A stretch of 64,000 nucleotides of DNA from an uncultured bacterium. Lineage in GTDB: Bacteria > Acidobacteriota > Thermoanaerobaculia > Multivoradales > JAHZIX01. Shown here piece after piece: positions 40,801 through 46,696 of the stretch (position 1 is its first letter; the number at the start of each line of letters is the position of its first letter). The notes below the pieces were generated by a model. It made no database searches. It saw nothing but the letters and a program-made list of their open reading frames with translations, and was not told the DNA's origin. The stretch is from positions 64,001 through 128,000 of the forward strand of contig CBDUPA010000006.1 in NCBI GenBank assembly GCA_965368975.1. The letters are read 5' to 3'. Both the position numbers and the translations under genes were made by a program.

Positions 40801-43800
40801 CGCAGCGCTCAGCGGCCCCGCGGCGGGTGAGGTCGTTGGCACGTGCGGCTACCGCATCAGCCTGTTCGATGCCACGACCGTCGAGCGCTGGATGCGCGCC
40901 TGGCACCGCTTGCTGGCGGCGGTGGTCGCTGCCCCGACTCGGGCTTGGCGCGAGCTGCCCTGGCTCAGCGCGGCGGAGGCTCACCAACTGCGCTTCGAGT
41001 TCAACGACACGGCAAGCCCCGCCGGCCAGGCAGCCAAGAACCTGTGGCCGAGGCTGGCGGCGCATGTCGCGCGCCGTCCGGACGCCATCGCCCTGGTGTT
41101 CGACGATACGTCCGGGCCTACGCATCACCTCAGCTGGGCAGAGCTCGATCGCAGCAGCGCTGCCCTGGCGCGGCAGTTGCGGCGTGCCGGTGCCGGGCCG
41201 GAGCGAGTGGTCGCGCTCTGTATGCAGCGCTCGCCGCAACAAGTACTGGCGCAGCTGGCGATCTGGCGTGCCGGCGCCGTCTACCTGCCGCTGGATCCGG
41301 ACCTGCCCGCCGAGCGCCTGGCCTTCCTGCGCACCGACGCCAAGGCCGAGTGGTTGCTGGCGGGACGGCGTGAACGCGAAGTGCTGGAGGCCGTGCGGAC
41401 CCCCGACCTGCAATACCTCGAAGCCGAAGCTCTGCTGCGAGAAGCTCTGCAGGAAGAACCGTCGTACGCCCTGGCGACGGTATCTGGGGTCGAAGGTCCC
41501 GCGCACCCCGATCACCTGGCCTACATCATCTACACCTCTGGCTCGACCGGGCAGCCGAAGGGCGTGGCGATCCCGCATGCCGGCATGCTCGACCTGCTCG
41601 ACACGCTCGAACACCACTTCGCCCTGCCCGTGGACGGTCGCCATCTGCACTTCGCCTCCACCAGTTTCGACGCCTCGATCCTGGAATTGCTGGCGGCGCT
41701 CGGTCGCGGCGCCACCTTCGTGCTGGCGGCGCGCTCGGCGATGGCGCCCGGTGTCGACCTGGCCCGCCTGCTCGCGCGGCAGGCGGTCGACGTCGCCATG
41801 CTGACCCCCTCGGTGTTGGCGGCGCAGCTGCCGGGCACGGGGGAGGCGTCGATCCCTAGCGCGTCGATCCCCGGCAATGGGCAGGCCGGCATTGCCGGCG
41901 TCCGTACGGTGTTGATGGGCGGTGAAGCCTGCCTGGCCGAGACGGCCAGTCGCGTCTCGTCTCTGTGCCGTCTGTACAACTGCTACGGTCCGACCGAAAT
42001 CACCGTCATCGTTACTGCCGACACCCTGGCGGCCGGCAGCTACGCGCAGTCGCCGAGCATCGGCAGACCCTTGCCCAACAGCAGCAGCCACCTGCTCGAC
42101 CGCGACCTGCAGTCTGTACCGCTGGGCGTGGCGGCCGAGCTGGTGGTCGGCACGCTCGGCCTGGCCCGCGGCTACCTCGGGCGGCCGGCGCGCACGGCGC
42201 AGGTGTTTGTGCCGGATCCGTTCGCGTCGGCAGCGGCAGCTGGTTCTCGGTTGTACCGCACGGGAGACCTGGTGCGCCGCCGCCAGGACGGTCGTCTCGA
42301 CTTCGTGGGTCGTATTGACCAGCAAGTGAAGATTCGCGGTTTCCGCATCGAGCCGGGCGAGATCGAAGCCGTGCTCGGTGCCCAGCCCGGGGTGCGCGAG
42401 GCGATCGTCGTGGTCCTTGCCCCATCTTCCCCGGCTGATGCATCTTCAGCGACCGGTGCATCTTCAGCGACCGGCGTATCCGAGCCGCGCCTCGCTGCCT
42501 GCATCGTGCCCACACTGCCGCAGCAACCACCGTCGACCGACGGTCTGCGCGCGGCCTTGCGCGCTCGCCTGCCTGAGTACATGGTGCCAGCCGTGCTCGA
42601 CGTGCGCACCGACGTTCCGCGCACCGAGAGCGACAAGGTCGACCGCAACGCGCTGGCGAGCTTGCTGCAGAGCAGCTTGCACGGGCAGGGCGGAGCCGGT
42701 GCCGAGCCGTCTTCGCCGCAGGAACTGGCCCTGGCGGCGATCTGGCGCGAGCTGCTGGACGTCGAGCAGGTGGGAGTCGACGACGACTTCTTCCACCTCG
42801 GTGGGCACTCGCTCCTCGCCACCCGCGTCGCTTCCCGTCTGCGTCGCGACCTGGCGCTCGATGTCCCCTTGCCGGCCCTGTTCGAACACCCGAAGCTCGG
42901 CGCTCTGGCGCGCTACCTGGAGAGCTTGCGCGACGGCACTCAGGGTTCGGCGGCTTCCGCTCCGGTGCCACCGCCGCGGCCGGTGCCACGCCAGCCAGAA
43001 GCCAGCGGCGAGGTCTTGCTGGCGGCTTCCTTCGCGCAGCACCGTCTGTGGTTCCTCGCCCGTCTGGAGCCCGAGCTGACCGAATACAACATGCCGCTGC
43101 CGCTGGTCTTCCGTGGCGCCCTGTCGCCGCCCCGCCTGGCCGCGGCGTTCGACGGCCTGTGTGCCCGCCACGAGGTGCTGCGCACCCGCTTCCGTGAGCA
43201 GCAGGGCGAAGCACTACAGGTGATCGAACCGCCGTCCCGGCAGCCGCTACCCGTCGTCGATCTCGGCGGTCTGGACGTTCCGCGGGCCGAAGCCACTGCC
43301 GCCGAGCTGGCGGCGCGTGAGGCGGCGCGGCCCTTCGACCTGGAACACGGCCGCGTGTTGCGCACCGTGCTCGTGCGGCTCGACCCGCAGCGTCACGCCT
43401 TGCTGCTCGACATCCACCACATCGCGTCGGACGGCTGGTCACAGGGTGTCCTGCTGCGCGAGCTAGCGGCCCTCTACCGCGGCGAATCCCTGCCACCCTT
43501 GCCCATCCAGTACGCTGACTTCGCCGTCTGGCAGCGCGAGTGGCTGCAGGGCGACGTGCTGGACGCGCAGCTGGTCTACTGGCGTGAGCAGCTGAAAGCG
43601 GTGCCGGCGCTGCTCGAACTGCCCGCCGACCACCCACGCCCGGCGCAGCGCAGCTCGGCCGGAGACAGCCGACCCTTGCTGCTCGACGCCGAGCTGACCG
43701 CCGGGCTGAAGGCGCTGGCGGCGAGGGAAGGCGCGACGCTGTTCATGGTGCTGCTGGCCGGCTTCCAGGTCCTGCTCGGGCGGCTATCGCGACAAGCGGA

Positions 43801-46351
43801 CGTTCTGGTGGGCACACCGGTGGCCGGTCGCGACCGCGTCGAAACCGAGGGGCTGATCGGCTTCTTCATCAACACCCTGGTGCTGCGCGGTAGCCTGCAC
43901 GACGACCCGACCTTCCGCGACGCTCTGCGTCGCGCCCGCGCCACCGCGCTGGCGGCCTACGGACACCAGGATCTTCCCTTCGAGCGCCTGGTCGAAGCAC
44001 TGGAAGTGCCACGCAGCCTGGCTTCGACACCCCTCTTCCAGGTCTACTTCGCGCTGCAGAACCTGCCACCGGCGACGGACCTCGACCTACCGGGACTGCG
44101 TCTCGAAACGCTGTCGTCCGGCGAGCCGCAGGTGCGCGTCGACCTAGAGCTGACGCTGTCGGAGACTCGCGGCAGCAGCGCGGACGTGGTGGTCGGCGGC
44201 TGTTCCTTCGCCACCTCGCTGTTCGACGCCACCACCATCGAGCGCTGGCTGCGGCATCTACAAGCCCTGCTGCGCAGCGCGGTCGCCGAGCCAGAGCGGC
44301 CGATCACGGCGCTACCCTGGCTCGCCCCGGCACAGCGGCACCAACTGGTGTGCGAGCAAGCCGCCTCGTTGGTACCCGCACGCCCCGCCACCGAGGGCGA
44401 CACGATCGTCGACCTGCTCCGCCGCCATGTCCGAGAGCAGCCGGATGCCATCGCGCTGGTGTTCGAAACCGCCGTCAACGTCGACTCGCCGCCCACACAC
44501 CACCTGACCTGGCGCAAGCTCGACCTTCTCGCGCGCCGTCTCGGGCAGGCGTTGCGCACCCGTTTGGAGAGCACCAAGGCCCCGCCCGACGCTCCCATCG
44601 GCCTGTGGCTCAACCGCAGCCTGGAGTTGCCGGTGGCGGTCCTCGGCACCTGGTACGCGGGGCGGCCGTATCTGTCGCTCGATCCGGCGTATCCCACCGA
44701 GCGCCTGCATTTCATGCTCGAAGACGCACGCGTGCCGTTGCTGCTCAGCGAGCGCACCTTGGTGGAGCCGGACTCCGGCTTCCCGACACTCTTCCTGGAC
44801 GAGATCTTCGGCCCCAGCGCCGACAAAGCGGCCCGCCGCGACGCAGGGCCGCTGCAGGACCCCGAGCCGATCCATCCGCTGCAGCTCGCCTACGTCATCT
44901 ACACCTCCGGTTCCACCGGTACCCCCAAGGGCGTGGCGTTGCCACACCGTGGCCTGCCCGACCTGCAGCGCGCCTTGCAGCACCTGCTCGGCGGTGCCCC
45001 CGGCCAGCGCGTGCTGCAGTTTTCTTCCTCCAGCTTCGACGCCTTCGTGCTCGATCTGCTCAACTCCCTGGGCAGTGGAGCGACCCTGGTGCTGGCGTCC
45101 CTGGACCTGATCCTGCCCGGCCTCGACTTGTTGCACCTGCTCTACCGTCAGCGCACCGATATCGCCATGGTGTCGCCGTCGGCTCTGACGGCCGTGCTGT
45201 TGGCTGGCGAGGCGTCCAGCGGCAATGTGCCCTTGCCCTTCCTGCGCTGCGTGGCCGTCGGCGGCGAAGCCTGTCCCCCCGAGCTGGTACGCCGTGCGGC
45301 AAAAGGCCGCCAGCTGTTCAATCTCTACGGCCCGACCGAGATCACTGTCTTCGTCACCGCCGAGCGCTTGACGCCGGCTTCCGTTGACAGCGGTTCCCCT
45401 TCCATCGGCCGTCCGATCTTCGGTGCCGCCGCCTATGTGCTCGACACCAACCGCCGTCCGGTGCCACTGGGCGTAGCCGGCGAGCTGTGCGCCCGCACCA
45501 CCGGCGTGGCCCGTGGCTACCTGCGTCGCCCGACCCTCACCGCGCGCGCCTTCGTTCCCGACCCCTGGAGCCCCGAGCCCGGAGGGCGCCTCTACCGCAC
45601 CGGTGACCTGGCGCGCCGCTGTCTCGATGGCCGCCTGGACTTCCTGGGCCGCATCGACCACCAGGTGAAGTTGCGCGGCTATCGCGTCGAACTCGGTGAG
45701 ATCGAAGCTCAGCTGAGCCTCTGCCACGGTGTGCGCGAAGCCATCGCGACGGTGCGCGGCAAGGGGCAAGACGCCCGCCTGGTGGCTTGCCTGCTACCCG
45801 AGCATCCGGCGGATCCGCCGGCCGTCGAGGAGCTGCGCGCGGCGGTCGCTGAGAACCTGCCCGAGTTCATGGTGCCGGCCACCTACCTGCTGTTCGACGA
45901 GTTCCCGCGCAGCCCCAGTGGCAAAGTCGACCGTCGCGCCATCGATGCCGAGGTCAGCGAAGAACTCAGGACCCGCCGCAGTGACGCCGACTACGTTGCG
46001 CCGCGTGACGAGCTGGAACAGACGCTGGCCGAGATCTGGCAGGATGTGCTCGAAATCGAACGCGTCGGCGTGCACGACAACTTCTTCGACCTCGGTGGCC
46101 ACTCCCTCCTCGCCACGCGCCTGATGGCGATGGTGCGCGACGAATTCGAGATCGACCTGCCGCTCAAGACTCTGTTCGAAGGCCCGACACTCGGCGAACT
46201 GTCCGTCGCCATCGCCCGAAACCGCTCTTCCGGTGTCGAGGAAGACGAGCTGGAGCGGCTGTTGGCGGATGTCGAGGGACTGTCGGAAGACGAAGTCGAA
46301 GCGCTGCTGGGCAGCGAGGATGAGGACGGCGAAGACGGTGCAACGGCGTAA
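28826..46351 (+). CDS. Non-ribosomal peptide synthetase, five C-A-T modules, no TE/E/R domain
   Basis: Five HHxxxD C motifs (about 29393, 33005, 36565, 39983, 43414), five TSGSTGxPKG/YGPTE A domains, five FFxLGGHSLL carrier motifs (about 32327, 35869, 39316, 42799, 46093). Confidence 0.97.
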   Translation: MSMRGRGDFGGMSAEDRELFELLLAEEGLELEEEPAAQAIQPREDVEERPLSFAQQRLWLLDQLEPGNPAYNMPFVLRLQGELQPRIWQSSLDALQRRHEALRTTFSRRQDANSSDDDSPRQLVTEPARAARSLPVVDLQRLPRDQVQAVAEALVRRDVLGSFDLARGPLFRYCLLRQAPGDHIFLLNMHHIVSDGWSMGVLVRETVALYEAFLAGRPSPLPPLDIQYTDFAVWQRRWAAEGGLDAQLDYWRQQLSAGDGIDAVLELPGDYPRPSQASFLGASAGVLLGPAVLDAAKALVDRAGGTLFMLLLAAFGSFLGRLTGRHDVRIGSPIANRNRSELEALIGFFVNTLVFRVDLKAPDDGPASFEHLLRQVRDTTLAAYEHQDLPFERLVEELRPQRHLGHAPLFQVMLVLQNQPTGAVELPGLQLAPVSIPDEATKFDLTVYATERSGHLLLQTRFRRQLFEPVTVQRWLRGLQRLLSVAVQNPQKPVEALPWFTVAEMHQVTREWSLSIPSTAARANVEAPDLLQLFEAQAARRPAVLALTSGDRQWSYAGLDAEASALAHWLRGDDAGSGSSSAPSWVVLLLPRSAWTVLAQLAAWKAGSACVPLDVDQPPARLQRVLEALVAEAPAESGSVLRVLTWSGLPDAIRESVRATLGERPDVAMLDLDRQRARWTSSPPLTSSAPASLSEVPDAAQLAYVLFTSGSTGVPKGVAVSRGAVAAYTAAILERLDLAVNEPIDATVVSTPAADLGNTAIFAALASGGTLQILTRSQVLDPRLAAEALARRSTDLLKIVPSHLEALLAADGDTAEGDTSDGDTALLPRRFLVLGGEALAWTLVDRVRKLARRSSRRLAVLNHYGPTEATVGALAWNLGAVPVQEPIQEPIQEFSLERAGCRSVPVGRPLLGYRAHVVGREGDVSPALVPGELWLGGRALARGYLADPARTAEVFIPDGLTPQITPSALASPGDRLYRTGDLVRRRHDGKVEFLGRIDQQLKVRGYRVELGEVEAALRTLPGVREAAVVLRAESSGAGELVAFVVPEAGFESARARAALAERLPSYMVPALLVDLDALPLNANGKLDRRALRQLALDGVASVQAEDAHVAPRTKTEARVAAVYAEILGLVPAKDDLVPAQNDEAAMEEGAKEAGAETVSVETSFFDLGGHSLLATRAVSRLRRAFEADLPGLELPLRILFERPSAAALAAWLDEQRQAGEYVAQRSALPSIQAEPRRPSRLPLSFSQERLWILHQLDPQSIAYNVPSALRLRGLFDDRRLASALSEVARRHEVLRTTFPAVEDTVEEDPSGTRVSMEAEQRIAAPRPVPVPRVDLRRLPGSGRDGARYAEAQRLAVAEGRRPFDLRSGPVWRVILLQLDADATKPEAILLLTLHHIVSDAWSRAVLTRELVALYEGRQLDPLPLQYADYALWQRRYLEGKVLDAQLEYWRRQLAGAPTVLELPTDHPRPPVQRALGDHQWRRLTPELTVALVSLARADGATMFMLLLTAFGILLSRYTSPSSGNSSLLIGSPIANRHREEIEPLIGFFVNTLVLRLDIDGDADFRQLLAQAKIMALDAYAHQDLPFERLVEALDPQRDLSRSPLFQVMFVLQNAPRATVASSEDQLADLEFEGVEAETGVAKFDLTLAAVEAPLAAPTDGPSDAHDTLGLTLSLERNRDLFDATTAQRMLAHLEQLLAAVVAAPETAAGQLPLLTLAERGQLVEWERDEFPEELPHSDPDSMSRPTSLPISLPISLQGPVLERALDRPDAVALVAGRQVVTYGEFGRQIEHLARRLVQAGVGVDDRVAVLADRSVEQVTAQLAILAAGGAFVPLDPEYPLRRLAFMVADARPAVVLVQPHLHELARDVLADTGCPRIELALERQRLGSERQHEVSALPPLPGKLPRSTSPLQAAYLIYTSGSTGKPKGVLIPHAAIVQQLLWSQRNLPLTPADAMLIKTAASFDVAVWELFAPLWAGARTVLARPGGQKDSAYLVRSCRRAQVSHLHFVPSQLELFVERVETEQAEGTGTCSTLRRVCTAGEALPRRLSQRLAQALPGTRLFNLYGPTETIVVDSCYPVPAAGARVTVSQTVPLGRPFRGVRFRVLDTWGQRVPVGVPGHLHIGGDQLARGYLDRPAVTAAVFIPDDDVTAEPGSRQYRSGDRVRWLTGGDLEFFGRLDHQLKLRGLRLEPAEIEARLQEHPAVQQAVVLARRSPAGDERLVAYLVTEGRQDADPSLAPAELRRHVQQTLPEFMVPALFEVVPELPLGPGGKLDRRALPEPSWRSGLEASGSSGRPPRGQLEELLADFFAEVLGLSIQAEPRQDEPLQEEPLQQEAVSINAERSFFDLGGHSLLAVRLLSRVRRATGVDLPLRVLFEAPTVAQLARRLEAEQLSAPSDDAGAWVPVPRVEGEALPLAPQQERLWFLDQLEGGSGYNLSLALLLQERSLPAENQLEDSTPDSSGAGPAPSVSAFSAALNAVVARHEALRVVFEPPRTDRETPSQCVQPVAPVPLPVVDLRSVATVHEEELARRLARAWVAQPFDLRTGPLLRALWLRLRSVRPPGSPLDCRLGRGALVLAQHHICGDGWSTGVLLRELAAFYRAHVLAASSTSSLAPELVPLPEPLPLQYPDYAILQRRRLGLDQETQDASRRSGVLAAQVDWWQRRLTVDGEALPPLDLPVDRPRSTSMGAAGQLPIVLPDATARQLDDLGRASGATAFMVHLALYAALLGRLSRQAAFGVGVPVAGRQVELEPLIGFFANTLVLPIELPAEPGSRLSFAELLEQVRQTALEAFAHQDVPFERLVEVLQPRRDLTRPPLFQVMFDLAHASAAPLPELPGVDVLPMGVEVASAKFELTFSLFQDPSGLGGGLEYDASRFDASTIRRWLRAWSVLATAAAGAPDQPLAELPWLDVAERHQLLREWSEPSSQLVQASPPMQAPELLDTLAQRAAEIPDAIAVEAPVEATGESGRYLSYRDLLRRVQVRADELRASGVGVESIVPVDLPRSSELIVELLAVLTAGAAYLPLDPKLPATRRDELMADVGTLAGSPPTQKLASQELPRLPAERAAYVIYTSGSTGKPKGVIVSAGALSTYVHDAARRFRLGPGSRVLQFASVSFDAAAEEIYPTLLAGGTLVLRSEHMLAGPADFLDACRRRAVDVLDLPTAWWHELVPALAQGVASWPPSVRRVILGGEAVRPDSVRDGLQHAVGVELLNTYGPTEATIVATEARLSPRSARTRAPIGRPVAGTYARVLDPWLRPVPAGVAGELTLGGSGLARGYLRRPAHTAAVFVPDPWSREDAGARLYRTGDRVRWLTDGRLDFLGRLDRQLKLRGFRIEPGEIEACLAAHPRVSSAAAVLQGAGVQGEETQEEGPRLVAFAAVQPQADEAVSAELQAELQAELQAELHAELRAELHEALRQQLPAYMVPAHVEVIESLPLTSTGKVDRRALVLRELHHAVRTKTPPSTPEEALVAEIWSQVLAIDAAALGRDDDFFQLGGHSLLATRVLARLRRAFAPEASEAPEASEAPEANAGAQHELDVQLSALFEYPTLAALARHLGQLRRDGEASTSAASSPVPVARDRPLPLSFAQQRLWFLQQLDPDLTAYNMPTALRLNGRLQPARLAAALSAVVARHEVLRTRYRALGPEQVIDVAAPVPMPLVDLSGLPAAVVSGEARRLAVRDARTPFDLARGPVLRAHLLRLSTGNVDATSHAVLLNLHHIATDGWSEAILVREVAACYEAVESGHEDAAATLPPLALQYADYAVWQRQWLSGDELQRQLDWWRRQLAGAPEVLQLPVDRPRRRLDEREAQRGARRPVRLPAPLVDDLRALAARHGATLFMVLLAAWQVLLARLTGRPDVPVGTPIAGRTRVEVEDLIGLFVNTLVLRGRPRQAESFGDYLGRTRGQVLEAWRYQDLPFERLVEELQPQRSLDHTPVFQVLFVLQNLPHTELRLSGLTLSSFAAPTLEETAAPGAEHQVKLDLELALAEVPAALSGPAAGEVVGTCGYRISLFDATTVERWMRAWHRLLAAVVAAPTRAWRELPWLSAAEAHQLRFEFNDTASPAGQAAKNLWPRLAAHVARRPDAIALVFDDTSGPTHHLSWAELDRSSAALARQLRRAGAGPERVVALCMQRSPQQVLAQLAIWRAGAVYLPLDPDLPAERLAFLRTDAKAEWLLAGRREREVLEAVRTPDLQYLEAEALLREALQEEPSYALATVSGVEGPAHPDHLAYIIYTSGSTGQPKGVAIPHAGMLDLLDTLEHHFALPVDGRHLHFASTSFDASILELLAALGRGATFVLAARSAMAPGVDLARLLARQAVDVAMLTPSVLAAQLPGTGEASIPSASIPGNGQAGIAGVRTVLMGGEACLAETASRVSSLCRLYNCYGPTEITVIVTADTLAAGSYAQSPSIGRPLPNSSSHLLDRDLQSVPLGVAAELVVGTLGLARGYLGRPARTAQVFVPDPFASAAAAGSRLYRTGDLVRRRQDGRLDFVGRIDQQVKIRGFRIEPGEIEAVLGAQPGVREAIVVVLAPSSPADASSATGASSATGVSEPRLAACIVPTLPQQPPSTDGLRAALRARLPEYMVPAVLDVRTDVPRTESDKVDRNALASLLQSSLHGQGGAGAEPSSPQELALAAIWRELLDVEQVGVDDDFFHLGGHSLLATRVASRLRRDLALDVPLPALFEHPKLGALARYLESLRDGTQGSAASAPVPPPRPVPRQPEASGEVLLAASFAQHRLWFLARLEPELTEYNMPLPLVFRGALSPPRLAAAFDGLCARHEVLRTRFREQQGEALQVIEPPSRQPLPVVDLGGLDVPRAEATAAELAAREAARPFDLEHGRVLRTVLVRLDPQRHALLLDIHHIASDGWSQGVLLRELAALYRGESLPPLPIQYADFAVWQREWLQGDVLDAQLVYWREQLKAVPALLELPADHPRPAQRSSAGDSRPLLLDAELTAGLKALAAREGATLFMVLLAGFQVLLGRLSRQADVLVGTPVAGRDRVETEGLIGFFINTLVLRGSLHDDPTFRDALRRARATALAAYGHQDLPFERLVEALEVPRSLASTPLFQVYFALQNLPPATDLDLPGLRLETLSSGEPQVRVDLELTLSETRGSSADVVVGGCSFATSLFDATTIERWLRHLQALLRSAVAEPERPITALPWLAPAQRHQLVCEQAASLVPARPATEGDTIVDLLRRHVREQPDAIALVFETAVNVDSPPTHHLTWRKLDLLARRLGQALRTRLESTKAPPDAPIGLWLNRSLELPVAVLGTWYAGRPYLSLDPAYPTERLHFMLEDARVPLLLSERTLVEPDSGFPTLFLDEIFGPSADKAARRDAGPLQDPEPIHPLQLAYVIYTSGSTGTPKGVALPHRGLPDLQRALQHLLGGAPGQRVLQFSSSSFDAFVLDLLNSLGSGATLVLASLDLILPGLDLLHLLYRQRTDIAMVSPSALTAVLLAGEASSGNVPLPFLRCVAVGGEACPPELVRRAAKGRQLFNLYGPTEITVFVTAERLTPASVDSGSPSIGRPIFGAAAYVLDTNRRPVPLGVAGELCARTTGVARGYLRRPTLTARAFVPDPWSPEPGGRLYRTGDLARRCLDGRLDFLGRIDHQVKLRGYRVELGEIEAQLSLCHGVREAIATVRGKGQDARLVACLLPEHPADPPAVEELRAAVAENLPEFMVPATYLLFDEFPRSPSGKVDRRAIDAEVSEELRTRRSDADYVAPRDELEQTLAEIWQDVLEIERVGVHDNFFDLGGHSLLATRLMAMVRDEFEIDLPLKTLFEGPTLGELSVAIARNRSSGVEEDELERLLADVEGLSEDEVEALLGSEDEDGEDGATA
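38999..39070 (+). repeat. In-frame 12-bp tandem repeat x6 (AELQ/AELH) inside NRPS A3
   Basis: gccgagttgcag x3, then gccgagttgcac, gccgagttgcgc, gctgagctgcac. Confidence 0.95.
39371..39418 (+). repeat. In-frame 18-bp tandem repeat (APEASE) inside NRPS T3
   Basis: gccccggaagcttccgag gcccctgaagcttccgag gcccctgaagcc. Confidence 0.9.
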
Positions 46352-46369
46352 GCCTGCACTTGGCTGACT

Positions 46370-46399
46370 TTGGCAACTTTCCGACGCCTCCGCTATTAT
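46370..46399 (+). promoter_or_regulatory. Sigma70-type promoter for the small membrane protein
   Basis: TTGGCA-N18-TATTAT, followed by an AAGGAGG RBS. Confidence 0.5.
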
Positions 46400-46450
46400 G
46401 AGTGCATTCCGTCCCGAAAACTCACTCTGTCCGAGCCAAGGAGGCCGTCT

Positions 46451-46621
46451 ATGAAGATGAATGCGCCCAAGAATGCAACCTGGACTATCGCTGTGATCCT
46501 GGGTCTCGTGGGTCTGGTGGGGCACCTCGTGCCCATCGCGCAGGTCGCGCCGTACTCGTTCTGGCTGGTGAGCGCGGGCTTTGTGCTGCTGGCCCTGGCG
46601 AGTTTGCTCAAGGGGTTGTAG
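46451..46621 (+). CDS. Small two-TM membrane protein (56 aa)
   Basis: AAGGAGG RBS, MKMNAPK..TW.IA.ILG..., two hydrophobic helices, ends LKGL. Confidence 0.8.
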   Translation: MKMNAPKNATWTIAVILGLVGLVGHLVPIAQVAPYSFWLVSAGFVLLALASLLKGL

Positions 46622-46696
46622 TCCGGCCGGGAGAACCCGAGCTAGTCTGACCAGCACCTGCCATCGTCGGCGACCTATCCTCGTATACTCACCGCG

